Source: a virus. Taken from it: DNA of 64,000 bases. The notes under the pieces were generated by a model. That model was given only the letters and a program-made list of their open reading frames with translations, did no database searches and had not been told where the DNA came from. The stretch is from positions 111,163 through 175,162 of the IMG/VR virus record IMGVR_UViG_3300027810_000002; one strand, written 5' to 3'. Below are positions 9,791 through 18,043 of this stretch, in pieces. The translations under genes and the position numbers were made by a program. Position 1 is the first letter of the stretch. Every line of letters starts with the position of its first letter.

Positions 9791-10249
9791 TTATAGGGCC
9801 TCTACCTCATCTGGCTGGTTCATAACGAATACTTTACTTGCCCATGTTTTACTATTAACTGCCTTATACTGATCCATATTATATAAGTTTGTATTGTACC
9901 ATAATTGGTTTATAGTTCCAACTTCTAAGGTTGCCATTATAGCTTCATCCATTACCAAGATCTTATTTCCTTTCTTTGCGAATACTGTAAAGTAATTATC
10001 AGATCCGAATGGCTTATACTCTACTGTGTGTAAGGCTCCTTTCTTATATGAACTTAATACTGTTCCTGGATTCTCATATAATCTTTGATCATCAAAATCT
10101 CTTGCGTCGTTACAGTTCATATAACCAGCTCTACATTTTGTGATAAATCTGAATTTACCTGGAACCTTCTTGTAATGATCATTGTTAATAATGTTTACTG
10201 TTTGGATCCCGGTGTGGTTGATGATGTTTTTGTTGTTTAATTCGTACAT
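9791..10249 (-). CDS. Early hypothetical protein (start moved to MYELNNK)
   Basis: The longer ORF-track start overlaps the promoter cassette at ~10263-10361. Confidence 0.7.
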   Translation of the reverse strand: MYELNNKNIINHTGIQTVNIINNDHYKKVPGKFRFITKCRAGYMNCNDARDFDDQRLYENPGTVLSSYKKGALHTVEYKPFGSDNYFTVFAKKGNKILVMDEAIMATLEVGTINQLWYNTNLYNMDQYKAVNSKTWASKVFVMNQPDEVEAL

Positions 10250-10262
10250 TTTTGTGGTGTTT

Positions 10263-10430
10263 AAGTTATTATTATATAGTAAATATAACACTTTTTATTG
10301 ACACCTGACAACTTTTATGCATTTATTTTCAAAAAAAGTCCTATTTATAATGATTATAAATTAGAAAGTTTTCACCTCAGATTTTTTTATATCAATTATT
10401 ATACTTATATTTACTATATAATAATTAAAA
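10263..10430. promoter_or_regulatory. Divergent early promoter pair sharing a central 9-1-9 palindrome
   Basis: ATTTATAATGATTATAAAT at 10343-10361; TATATTTA -7-like element on each side (10406-10413 on +). Confidence 0.75.
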
Positions 10431-10440
10431 CAACAACTAC

Positions 10441-10794
10441 ATGAATATCAAAATCACCGCAGCCGAAGAAAGAATCATCAAAGACGCACTCGCAGACTAT
10501 ACTAATAACTTAGTTGGTAAGGGAGTTAACTATAATACCGTTGTTGGTATCTTAAATAAGATCAACGATGCTGGTATTGTGAAGTCAGCGAGAACACCTA
10601 AGGTGCTGGTTAATAAGCAGTATATGTTTACATTCGAGAACGGCGGATGGAACACAGTGTGGGCTAAAACATTACCTGGTGCTAGACGAGCGGCCTTATT
10701 AGAGTATAAGGATAGTGATTTAAATGTTAGTATGGACAGCGTTCACCTAGCTACTAAGAAAGGATTAGATTCAGCAATGTCCTTATTCTACTAG
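10441..10794 (+). CDS. Early hypothetical protein
   Basis: 117 aa directly after promoter cassette. Confidence 0.75.
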   Translation: MNIKITAAEERIIKDALADYTNNLVGKGVNYNTVVGILNKINDAGIVKSARTPKVLVNKQYMFTFENGGWNTVWAKTLPGARRAALLEYKDSDLNVSMDSVHLATKKGLDSAMSLFY

Positions 10795-10803
10795 GGAACC
10801 CTT

Positions 10804-10890
10804 ATTTATAATCATTATAAATTAGAAAGTTTTCACCTCAGATTTTTTTATATCAATTAAAAGGTTTATATTTACTATATAATAATAACA
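10804..10890 (+). promoter_or_regulatory. Early promoter cassette with Fur-like palindrome
   Basis: ATTTATAATCATTATAAAT at 10804-10822, then TTTTTTTATATCAAT...TTATATTTACTATA. Confidence 0.75.
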
Positions 10891-10903
10891 ACAACTACTA
10901 ATT

Positions 10904-11116
10904 ATGACATCATTTAAAAACTTATCAATTTACATCCTATTAATCGCGGTCGGTATAGCTCTAGTAGCCTTTATCATACCTGCTCTTATTAAAGGTTTCT
11001 TTATTGGTCTATTATGGTTGATGAATAATCCTATTACGGGGATGATCATCTCATCTGCTTTTTTAGCTGGATGTTTTCTTGGTAGTGTTGAAACAAAATC
11101 TAATAAATCAGTATAA
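10904..11116 (+). CDS. Small two-TM membrane protein
   Basis: 70 aa, two hydrophobic segments. Confidence 0.7.
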   Translation: MTSFKNLSIYILLIAVGIALVAFIIPALIKGFFIGLLWLMNNPITGMIISSAFLAGCFLGSVETKSNKSV

Positions 11117-11136
11117 TAATAAATCAAACAAACATT

Positions 11137-12273
11137 ATGAGCATTCAAACTTTATCACAAACCGCAGTAGCAACAAGTAAACAAGAGAGCATCAACGCTC
11201 AATCTTTACGCCGCACCCTTCCTTTCAGAGACATTACGATGATCGACGAAACAACCATCGAGTATAAAGGAACTCGTATCCCACTTACCAAGCAAGCTTT
11301 TAAATCCTTACTATCCTTAGTAGGTATGAGTCAGTCATTCGCAGACAAATTCTCTAAGCTGTTTAACAAAGAGACTAAAGCGCAATTCATTAATACTATG
11401 AAAAACGCAATGGCATCTAATGCAGGTAAACTTAGCAACGTTACATTGGTATTAAATCCAATTTCGAAAGCTGTGATCTTATTTACTAAAGAAGACAAGC
11501 TGCAAATCTCAAACGATCAAATGATCCAAGTTGCAGAGAACATGATCTCAGATAGTTCAATGGGAGTTTCCCGATGGACTACGGATCCAACAACAGGTAT
11601 TATCACAATCGACGCTCATAACCCTAAGGCTGAGTTCGAGATCTTAGGATTAAGTGATGAGGTCTTTACAGGAGGAGTTACATTCCGTAACAGTCCACTA
11701 AAAGGATTCGAAGTTATGCCATACGTAAATCGTCAATGGTGTACTAACGGTCTAACAACAGCTATGGCACAAGAAGCATACCAACTACACTCTTTAGATA
11801 ATAAGAGTATGGAAAGCTTTTTCGAGAACATGCAAGATTTAAGACGTAACAACTACGCCCCTGAAGGATTTGCTGATCGAGTTCGTCAAGCTAACAACAC
11901 ACCTGCTTCACTACACGAAATGTCTTTTGCACATAACTTAATTGCAAAGCATGCTGGTGAAAGAGCAGAACAATGGGTACCTCTACAAGAGAACCTCAAC
12001 GAATATAATAAAGCCGGATTTGATAAATTAACTAACGATCAAATGAAGATGGCTAAAACTAACCAATCGCTTTGGTCAGTAATTAATGGAGTTACACACT
12101 TTAGTAGTCATGGTAAAGGTATCATCGACACTAACATGCAACCTCATAATGAAGCTGATATCCAAACACGTATTGGAAACCTATTAGGCAAAAAGAGTTT
12201 TGATCACGAAAACACAATGCCAAACCCTTTTAGTAAGGAACAGCTTCAACAGACTGGAGCTCTTCTTAACTAA
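11137..12273 (+). CDS. DUF932/TIGR03299-like phage protein
   Basis: FRNS...VNRQWCTNGL motif and C-terminal SLWSVINGVTH. Confidence 0.55.
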   Translation: MSIQTLSQTAVATSKQESINAQSLRRTLPFRDITMIDETTIEYKGTRIPLTKQAFKSLLSLVGMSQSFADKFSKLFNKETKAQFINTMKNAMASNAGKLSNVTLVLNPISKAVILFTKEDKLQISNDQMIQVAENMISDSSMGVSRWTTDPTTGIITIDAHNPKAEFEILGLSDEVFTGGVTFRNSPLKGFEVMPYVNRQWCTNGLTTAMAQEAYQLHSLDNKSMESFFENMQDLRRNNYAPEGFADRVRQANNTPASLHEMSFAHNLIAKHAGERAEQWVPLQENLNEYNKAGFDKLTNDQMKMAKTNQSLWSVINGVTHFSSHGKGIIDTNMQPHNEADIQTRIGNLLGKKSFDHENTMPNPFSKEQLQQTGALLN

Positions 12274-12302
12274 TGTTTAGTTTGATTTTTAATTATTATT
12301 AT

Positions 12303-12333
12303 AAAAGGCAGGCGTTGTTTCCTGCCTTTTTTT
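12303..12333 (+). terminator. Rho-independent terminator
   Basis: AAAAGGCAGG-cgttgttt-CCTGCCTTTTTTT. Confidence 0.8.
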
Positions 12334-12357
12334 ATGCACCTCAGCCAGGGGGCCCTT

Positions 12358-12445
12358 ATCTATAATCATTATAAATTACAAATCAGTTGTCCCAAAGTTT
12401 TTTTATATCAATAAAAAGTGTTATATTTAACTATAATTAAAAAAC
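12358..12445 (+). promoter_or_regulatory. Early promoter cassette with Fur-like palindrome
   Basis: ATCTATAATCATTATAAAT at 12358-12376; TTATATTTAACTATA. Confidence 0.7.
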
Positions 12446-12453
12446 AAACACAT

Positions 12454-12738
12454 ATGACTTATTCACAAATCGTTACAGCTATCAACAATGCTAATCTTTC
12501 AGTAGAAGAACTAAGTAAGCTTAACTCTTTCGTAGTTGACACTGTTAAATTAAAACGCAGAATGAATGGCGCAGTTATTAAGCAATCCCTATCTAAAGGT
12601 TCAGTAGTAATGGTAGATCATCCATCACATAAGAACTCTACATTCACGATCGATTCGGTTCGTAGAACTAAAGCAACCATCGTTGATAGTCAAGGTCGCA
12701 GAATGAATGCACCTCTATCAATGTTAATTCCAATGTAA
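12454..12738 (+). CDS. Early hypothetical protein (start moved to MTYSQ)
   Basis: ORF after promoter cassette. Confidence 0.7.
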   Translation: MTYSQIVTAINNANLSVEELSKLNSFVVDTVKLKRRMNGAVIKQSLSKGSVVMVDHPSHKNSTFTIDSVRRTKATIVDSQGRRMNAPLSMLIPM

Positions 12739-12739
12739 T

Positions 12740-12815
12740 TGTTAATAACTTTAGGGATATAATGTCCCTAAAGTTTTCCTATCCCATTAAAAAGGTTTAT
12801 ATTTACATATAACAT
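12740..12815 (+). promoter_or_regulatory. Early promoter cassette with DnaA-box-like 9-mer and hairpin
   Basis: TGTTAATAA at 12740-12748; AACTTTAGGGA/TCCCTAAAGTT inverted repeat; TTATATTTAC. Confidence 0.65.
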
Positions 12816-12828
12816 AATAACACCACAC

Positions 12829-13914
12829 ATGAAACATTACACTATTCAAAAAACCACAAACACATATACCCTAACTGAGGTAGAATCAGGTACAACACTA
12901 TCAATCGGATCAACACATCCTAAATTTGACTATGTCGCTAAAGAAGATTCTAAAGGATCAAGAATTGTTAATATCAATGGCGACAAGTTCACCTCATCTA
13001 AAGATTACAGAGGTCACTATAATAAGGCACCTAAGACTACTAAGCTAGCTCAGCCTCTTAATATTACCTTAACAAAATTAGATGATTTAAATATCAATCA
13101 AAACTTATTTATACCTATAGAGACTAAAACAGTCTTTGACAAATTCGCATCTACCGCCGGTGGTATTATGCCAGGTACAAACATCATGGCGGCCGGAGCC
13201 CCTGGTGTTGGTAAAACCACGGTCCTATTAGATCTATTAAGTACTGCACATGAGAGTGGTAAGAAGGTCCTATTCATCTCAGCTGAAATGTCTCAGATAG
13301 ATATGGCCCGCTACTTACAACGTTTTCCTCACTGGGGTCAGTTACCAATCTTATTCCTTGCAGACTATGTGGATGAATGTCCAAAGTCTGTAATCGAACA
13401 AGTATTAAGCACTGGCTGGGATATTGTCCTAACCGATTCATACACTGAAGTTAACGACACCGTAAAGGAAGCTTGTAACCTAACCCGTGGTAAAGTAGAA
13501 AAATGGTTCCTAGATCTTATGATCTCAAATAACAAAGGCGGTAACAAGCCTGGAATCTACACAACCTTTATAACAATCTTACAATTATCTAAAGGAGGTC
13601 AATTCGTCGGATCTAACAAACTAAAACACATGACCACTAGTATGATGAGCCTAGATTGGGAAGGTGGAGAAAACGCCGGTCGTAGATATATGGAATTCTC
13701 TAAAAACCGAGTAGGTGCAGTAAACAAGAAACTCTACTTCTCTATAGAGGGTGGAGTAAGTTTTGACGAAGCCAGATATGTACGAGATCTTTTTAACGAC
13801 GAGCTAGTATCTACGGAACGCAAGCAATTAGAAACAGAAGCGGATGCCTTCGACAAGTTATTCGGATTTAACGAGGCAGATGTAGAAGACTTAGAAGCTC
13901 ATATCGAAATATAA
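12829..13914 (+). CDS. RadA/Sms-like RecA-fold ATPase (no Zn finger or Lon-like domain)
   Basis: GGIMPG..GAPGVGKT, VLFISAE, IVLTDS, GSNKLKHM, SKNRVG. Confidence 0.75.
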   Translation: MKHYTIQKTTNTYTLTEVESGTTLSIGSTHPKFDYVAKEDSKGSRIVNINGDKFTSSKDYRGHYNKAPKTTKLAQPLNITLTKLDDLNINQNLFIPIETKTVFDKFASTAGGIMPGTNIMAAGAPGVGKTTVLLDLLSTAHESGKKVLFISAEMSQIDMARYLQRFPHWGQLPILFLADYVDECPKSVIEQVLSTGWDIVLTDSYTEVNDTVKEACNLTRGKVEKWFLDLMISNNKGGNKPGIYTTFITILQLSKGGQFVGSNKLKHMTTSMMSLDWEGGENAGRRYMEFSKNRVGAVNKKLYFSIEGGVSFDEARYVRDLFNDELVSTERKQLETEADAFDKLFGFNEADVEDLEAHIEI

Positions 13915-14460
13915 GGGTCCTAGGATCCTAAGCCTGCCCCCTGGTTATGTGGTGTTTCCTGGGGGTTTGGTGTATTCGGAGTACTGGGATGCAGTCATGG
14001 TAAAAAACGCTCCTCAGGTGTGAGTCAATTGGCGTTGGGGTTTAAGGTTCCTACAGGGACTTTACTTGGAGCTTTACTAGGGAGTACCCTTGGATTACTA
14101 GGAGGATCCTTACAGGCTTACCTATGTTTCTTATATCTCTATTAGGTTATTATAGGAGAGTATGAGTTCTTATACTTCTATTACTAGGATCCGTATTACC
14201 TGGATAGTTGTTTGCTTGGTCTTGCTTATCTCTTATATCTTTCTCTTGTTTCTTATTGTTCTTACTTAGATTCTTATTCTTATCTCTTCTTTGTTATCTA
14301 TTATGTATGATATCTTTGGTCACGTGCGTGGGTCCATTTTACAAGAATCTTTGCATGCTTGGGTGGTTTGTAGTGTGGTCGGTCAAACGGATTGATATTC
14401 TACAGGTATTTAGGATCGGGTTCTTAAGGAGTGAGCCTATATATACCTCTTCTTTTTGTA
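13915..14460. other. Second GC-rich/pyrimidine-skewed non-coding island
   Basis: GGATCC x3, CCTAGG, AGTACT; long C/T tract at ~14215-14300. Confidence 0.5.
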
Positions 14461-14465
14461 CCCTT

Positions 14466-14555
14466 ATTTGGAATCATTATAAATTAAGAAAGTTTATCAC
14501 CTAGGTTTTTTTATATCAATAATTAGTGTTATATTTACTATATAATAATTAAAAC
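14466..14555 (+). promoter_or_regulatory. Early promoter cassette with Fur-like palindrome
   Basis: ATTTGGAATCATTATAAAT at 14466-14484; TTATATTTACTATA. Confidence 0.7.
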
Positions 14556-14565
14556 AACTAACATT

Positions 14566-14943
14566 ATGCCGTACATTACCAAAGATCAAGTTACCCAAAA
14601 AAGAAAAGAATTGAAAGCTGCCTTACCTAACTACAAGTTATCTATTACTACTGAACATTATTCTGGTATTAAGGTTGCTATCATGTCTGGTCCTACTGAT
14701 CTTGGAACTGAATACTCTCAACTTAATCCAAACATGGATTATAGAGAGGAAACTTGGAACCGCTATACTGAAGAATACGATTCTAATCCTCCTATACAAG
14801 ATTTATTAGATATTATTATGCCTATATTAAATGAAGGCAAAGGAGCTTCACATGAAGATAGCGATTATGGATCTATTCCTGATTATTATACTTGGGTTCA
14901 TGTTGGTAAATGGGATAAAGCTTATGAAATTAAAACTAAATAA
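14566..14943 (+). CDS. LPD29-like protein
   Basis: RKELKAALPNYKLSI..HYSGIKVAIMSGP resembles the LPD29 signature. Confidence 0.5.
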   Translation: MPYITKDQVTQKRKELKAALPNYKLSITTEHYSGIKVAIMSGPTDLGTEYSQLNPNMDYREETWNRYTEEYDSNPPIQDLLDIIMPILNEGKGASHEDSDYGSIPDYYTWVHVGKWDKAYEIKTK

Positions 14944-14945
14944 TT

Positions 14946-15245
14946 ATGGAAAGAATAGAACAAATTAAAATAGTAAAAGGAATAGTAGAAGATTCATTTG
15001 ATGAGAATGCAATGTATACTGGAATAGACGATATGAATGAAGAAAATAAAGCACATATCATAAACATAGGAACTTCAATCTTATGTACTAAATGGCAAAT
15101 AGGATTTGAAGGAGGAGGCTTTGTACAATCAGTTGTTGATAATAATCTTATGAAAGCAGTTGGAAGCGCAGATGGAACATCACTTAGAGGTTTAAAATTC
15201 TTTGCATCTTTACTATACAATACAGTTAAACCAAACTTTGAATAA
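14946..15245 (+). CDS. Hypothetical protein
   Basis: 99 aa, GGGFVQSVVDNNLMKAVGSAD. Confidence 0.7.
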   Translation: MERIEQIKIVKGIVEDSFDENAMYTGIDDMNEENKAHIINIGTSILCTKWQIGFEGGGFVQSVVDNNLMKAVGSADGTSLRGLKFFASLLYNTVKPNFE

Positions 15246-15246
15246 T

Positions 15247-16311
15247 ATGAAAATTAAATTTATTGTAATCGCATTTTTTGTAGTAGCTACATGTAATGCA
15301 CAAAAAACTCTTGTATCTGATATCACGGATGCGGATCTAAGTAATACAGAACAATCTGGATTTGTAAATTGGGATTTCACCAATAATACAACCGGATATG
15401 CCTGGACATGGGGAGCTCCTGGCATGTTAGTTTATGGAGATACTCCTGAAATGTGTTATGATATAGAAGCTGAAATTAAAAATGTATCTCACGTATGGGG
15501 AGCTGGCATCTCTATTGGAGTAAATGAATCCTCATCAGATAGTGAACTAAAGTATAATGGTATTAATAACTATTATTTGTCAGTTGAAGATAATGCGGTT
15601 GGATTATTTAAAGGAACTAATAATACACAAGAAGATTTCATAGCCGATACGCTTGTATATGTAGGTGTCGAAATTGATCAAACAGAATGGCATAAACTAA
15701 GATTAAAAATAGAAGCAGATACTATATATGGATACGTTAACGATGTCTTATACATTAGCCATAAAGTAGATAATATACAAAAGAATGGTAAGTTTGCTAT
15801 AGTATCTTCTAATAGTGAAAATACATATAAGAATATAAAAGCAAGATATCATAAAGATCCTTACTATATTAGTAGTGATACTATTGTAGAATTTGTAAGT
15901 GATGTTAATCATCCAGAATGGAATAACTTACCTGTCACTCGATTAGATGATGTTGAAACTGTAGTAGAAGCCGATGGATTAGATCATTTTATAAGCCACT
16001 ATATACAATATAAAGAATCCGAATCAATTGATATACCCGATGATGTTGTTGATTGTAATTGTATTTGCCCAGAAGTAACTACTTTATCGATATATCCAAA
16101 TCCAGTATCTGAATATGTTAACGTAAGTATACAACAACCCGAAGGAACATTAAAGATTTATAGCATGCATGGCGCAATCGCTAGATCATACGACTTAACG
16201 TATGGAATTAATAGAATAGATATGACAAGATATCCAATAGGACATTATTTATTCAAAGTAGAATACGAAGGAAGAAAAGCATTAATAGAAAAGATAATAG
16301 TAACTCATTAA
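15247..16311 (+). CDS. Secreted protein with lectin-like (DUF1080-type) beta domain and T9SS type A C-terminal sorting domain
   Basis: Signal peptide MKIKFIVIAFFVVATCNA-Q; WHKLRLKIEADTIYGYVND; CTD LSIYPNP..IYSMHG..IDM..YPIGHYLFKV..EKIIV. Confidence 0.85.
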   Translation: MKIKFIVIAFFVVATCNAQKTLVSDITDADLSNTEQSGFVNWDFTNNTTGYAWTWGAPGMLVYGDTPEMCYDIEAEIKNVSHVWGAGISIGVNESSSDSELKYNGINNYYLSVEDNAVGLFKGTNNTQEDFIADTLVYVGVEIDQTEWHKLRLKIEADTIYGYVNDVLYISHKVDNIQKNGKFAIVSSNSENTYKNIKARYHKDPYYISSDTIVEFVSDVNHPEWNNLPVTRLDDVETVVEADGLDHFISHYIQYKESESIDIPDDVVDCNCICPEVTTLSIYPNPVSEYVNVSIQQPEGTLKIYSMHGAIARSYDLTYGINRIDMTRYPIGHYLFKVEYEGRKALIEKIIVTH

Positions 16312-16317
16312 CATTTT

Positions 16318-16911
16318 ATGATAATATATGTTGCACCCCCTCGAGGGATTCAAGAAAAACAAGATTGCTTTAATTGGCTAACGCACTACGGCCATGAAGT
16401 CGTTTGGTTAGATTTAAGACGTAAAGTCAAAGGCCCTCTACTCCTATGTGGAGGCGCTGATATCGGTAAAGACCAAGAACGTGATGATCGAGAAGATATT
16501 TGGATTAAACAAACCCTTGCTGATGGATATCCTATTATTGGTCTTTGTCGAGGCATGCAAGTTTTAAACTCTTATTTTGGAGGTGTTGTTGAAGATCTTA
16601 GTGATCTCATAGTAGAAGATCATAAAGCTGCTGATTTTTCAGAAAATACTGATCACAGTGGAAAACCTTCACAATTTCACACAGTAGAAGATTTAGATGG
16701 TAAATTAATAAATGTTAATTCTCGACACCATCAACATTGTTCAGTAATAGCAGACAATTTCAAAGCCACACATCTTTCATATCCTTTATATTCCGTAGTA
16801 GAGGGGTTTGAAGATGTTGATCAAAGGATTTGGGCTGTACAGTGGCATCCTGAAAAAATGGAATCAGAAGATAATGAATATCCTTTAAATAAACTAATTA
16901 ATTTAAGATAA
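16318..16911 (+). CDS. Peptidase C26 / class I glutamine amidotransferase (PuuD-like)
   Basis: CGGADI, GLCRGMQ, VNSRHHQ, VQWHPE. Confidence 0.9.
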   Translation: MIIYVAPPRGIQEKQDCFNWLTHYGHEVVWLDLRRKVKGPLLLCGGADIGKDQERDDREDIWIKQTLADGYPIIGLCRGMQVLNSYFGGVVEDLSDLIVEDHKAADFSENTDHSGKPSQFHTVEDLDGKLINVNSRHHQHCSVIADNFKATHLSYPLYSVVEGFEDVDQRIWAVQWHPEKMESEDNEYPLNKLINLR

Positions 16912-17165
16912 TGGACCAAAACATGATACTAAGATCTGGCAAATATCAAGGATATACTGTCAGAGAAGCTTATAGAAAAGATCCTTCGTATATTAGATGG
17001 GTTATTGAAAATATACCAGCAATGTTAAAGAACCACGGTCCTAGGAGAAAAACCAAAGCCGTAGAATCTCGGAAACCATTTGAGTATAAGCAACCACCTG
17101 ATGTTGAAAAGACTATAGAAAATGGTTGGATTCCACCTGGTAACGTGGAAGATGCATTTTTTTAA
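16911..17165 (+). CDS. ExoX C-terminal-like (DUF3820-type) small protein
   Basis: SGKYQGYTV....DPSYIRW. Confidence 0.55.
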   Translation: MDQNMILRSGKYQGYTVREAYRKDPSYIRWVIENIPAMLKNHGPRRKTKAVESRKPFEYKQPPDVEKTIENGWIPPGNVEDAFF

Positions 17166-17230
17166 AAATAAATGCACAAAAGTTTTTTTATCCCAATAAA
17201 AAGTGTTATATTTAACTATAATTAAAAAAC
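17165..17230 (+). promoter_or_regulatory. Early promoter cassette without upstream box
   Basis: AAAGTTTTTTTATCCCAATAAAAAGTGTTATATTTAACTATA. Confidence 0.65.
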
Positions 17231-17238
17231 AATAAATT

Positions 17239-17526
17239 ATGAAAACAAAAAAACTAGTTTGGGAATTAGAATCTTCTATCTACTTATTAGATGAAATCGT
17301 TCAAAAATATAAGTCAGTTGACTTTGGAATACTAAAAGGTAGTATTGCTGCCTATATAGGAGTTACTAAAGGATCTGTTAATATGGCTATAGGAAATATG
17401 AAGTATATTTTATCTGATGGTGGTGAAGGTCTTTCTGCCTATACAACTCGACAGGAGGAAGCTGTTAAGCTTACTTTAGAGAAATATGATTTGAGTGCGA
17501 AAAAACTATTAATGATCCTATCTTAG
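17239..17526 (+). CDS. Early hypothetical protein
   Basis: 95 aa after cassette. Confidence 0.7.
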   Translation: MKTKKLVWELESSIYLLDEIVQKYKSVDFGILKGSIAAYIGVTKGSVNMAIGNMKYILSDGGEGLSAYTTRQEEAVKLTLEKYDLSAKKLLMILS

Positions 17527-17528
17527 AT

Positions 17529-17608
17529 TGTTAATAACTTTGTGAAAATAACTTAACAAAAGTTTTCGTATATCAATAAAAAGAGTTATATTTAACTATA
17601 ATTAAAAA
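17529..17608 (+). promoter_or_regulatory. Early promoter cassette with DnaA-box-like 9-mer
   Basis: TGTTAATAA at 17529-17537; TTATATTTAACTATA. Confidence 0.65.
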
Positions 17609-17617
17609 CAAACAGAT

Positions 17618-17941
17618 ATGAACAAATTAGAAACATTAGGACTGACCAACGTAACTTCAAAAACTCAAAAAAAGAATGGTACTGAATGTTATTATGATCC
17701 AATCGCTGATTGTGATTACTTAAGCTATCGAAGTGGATATGTTCGTAGAGCATATACTAAAGCTACTCACTATTCTTCTAGACTACACCGAACTATTTAT
17801 CAATTGAATCCTCAGAGAAAAGCAAGAAGATTCTGGAATGAAACGGAATATGAAGTTACTGAAAGAATATTAATCCATAATCCTGGATATAGAATTCACT
17901 TATTAACAAGAGCTGTTGTAAATTATAGAAATAAAAAATAA
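17618..17941 (+). CDS. Early hypothetical protein
   Basis: 107 aa, basic. Confidence 0.7.
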   Translation: MNKLETLGLTNVTSKTQKKNGTECYYDPIADCDYLSYRSGYVRRAYTKATHYSSRLHRTIYQLNPQRKARRFWNETEYEVTERILIHNPGYRIHLLTRAVVNYRNKK

Positions 17942-17952
17942 TAAACTTTAAT

Positions 17953-18039
17953 ATGATAATTGAATGGATTATAGTAGGTTCTATTCTAGTAGCATGGAAT
18001 GCCTTTCTAATTATTAAAATGCGTAAACAAGATAAATAG
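17953..18039 (+). CDS. Single-TM microprotein MIIEWIIVGSILVAWNAFLIIKMRKQDK
   Basis: Fills the gap before glnS; hydrophobic core with basic tail. Confidence 0.5.
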   Translation: MIIEWIIVGSILVAWNAFLIIKMRKQDK

Positions 18040-18043
18040 ATTA

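Noticed and set aside
14208-14504. 98-aa hydrophobic ORF
   Set aside because: TTG start in a pyrimidine tract and runs over a promoter cassette; likely spurious
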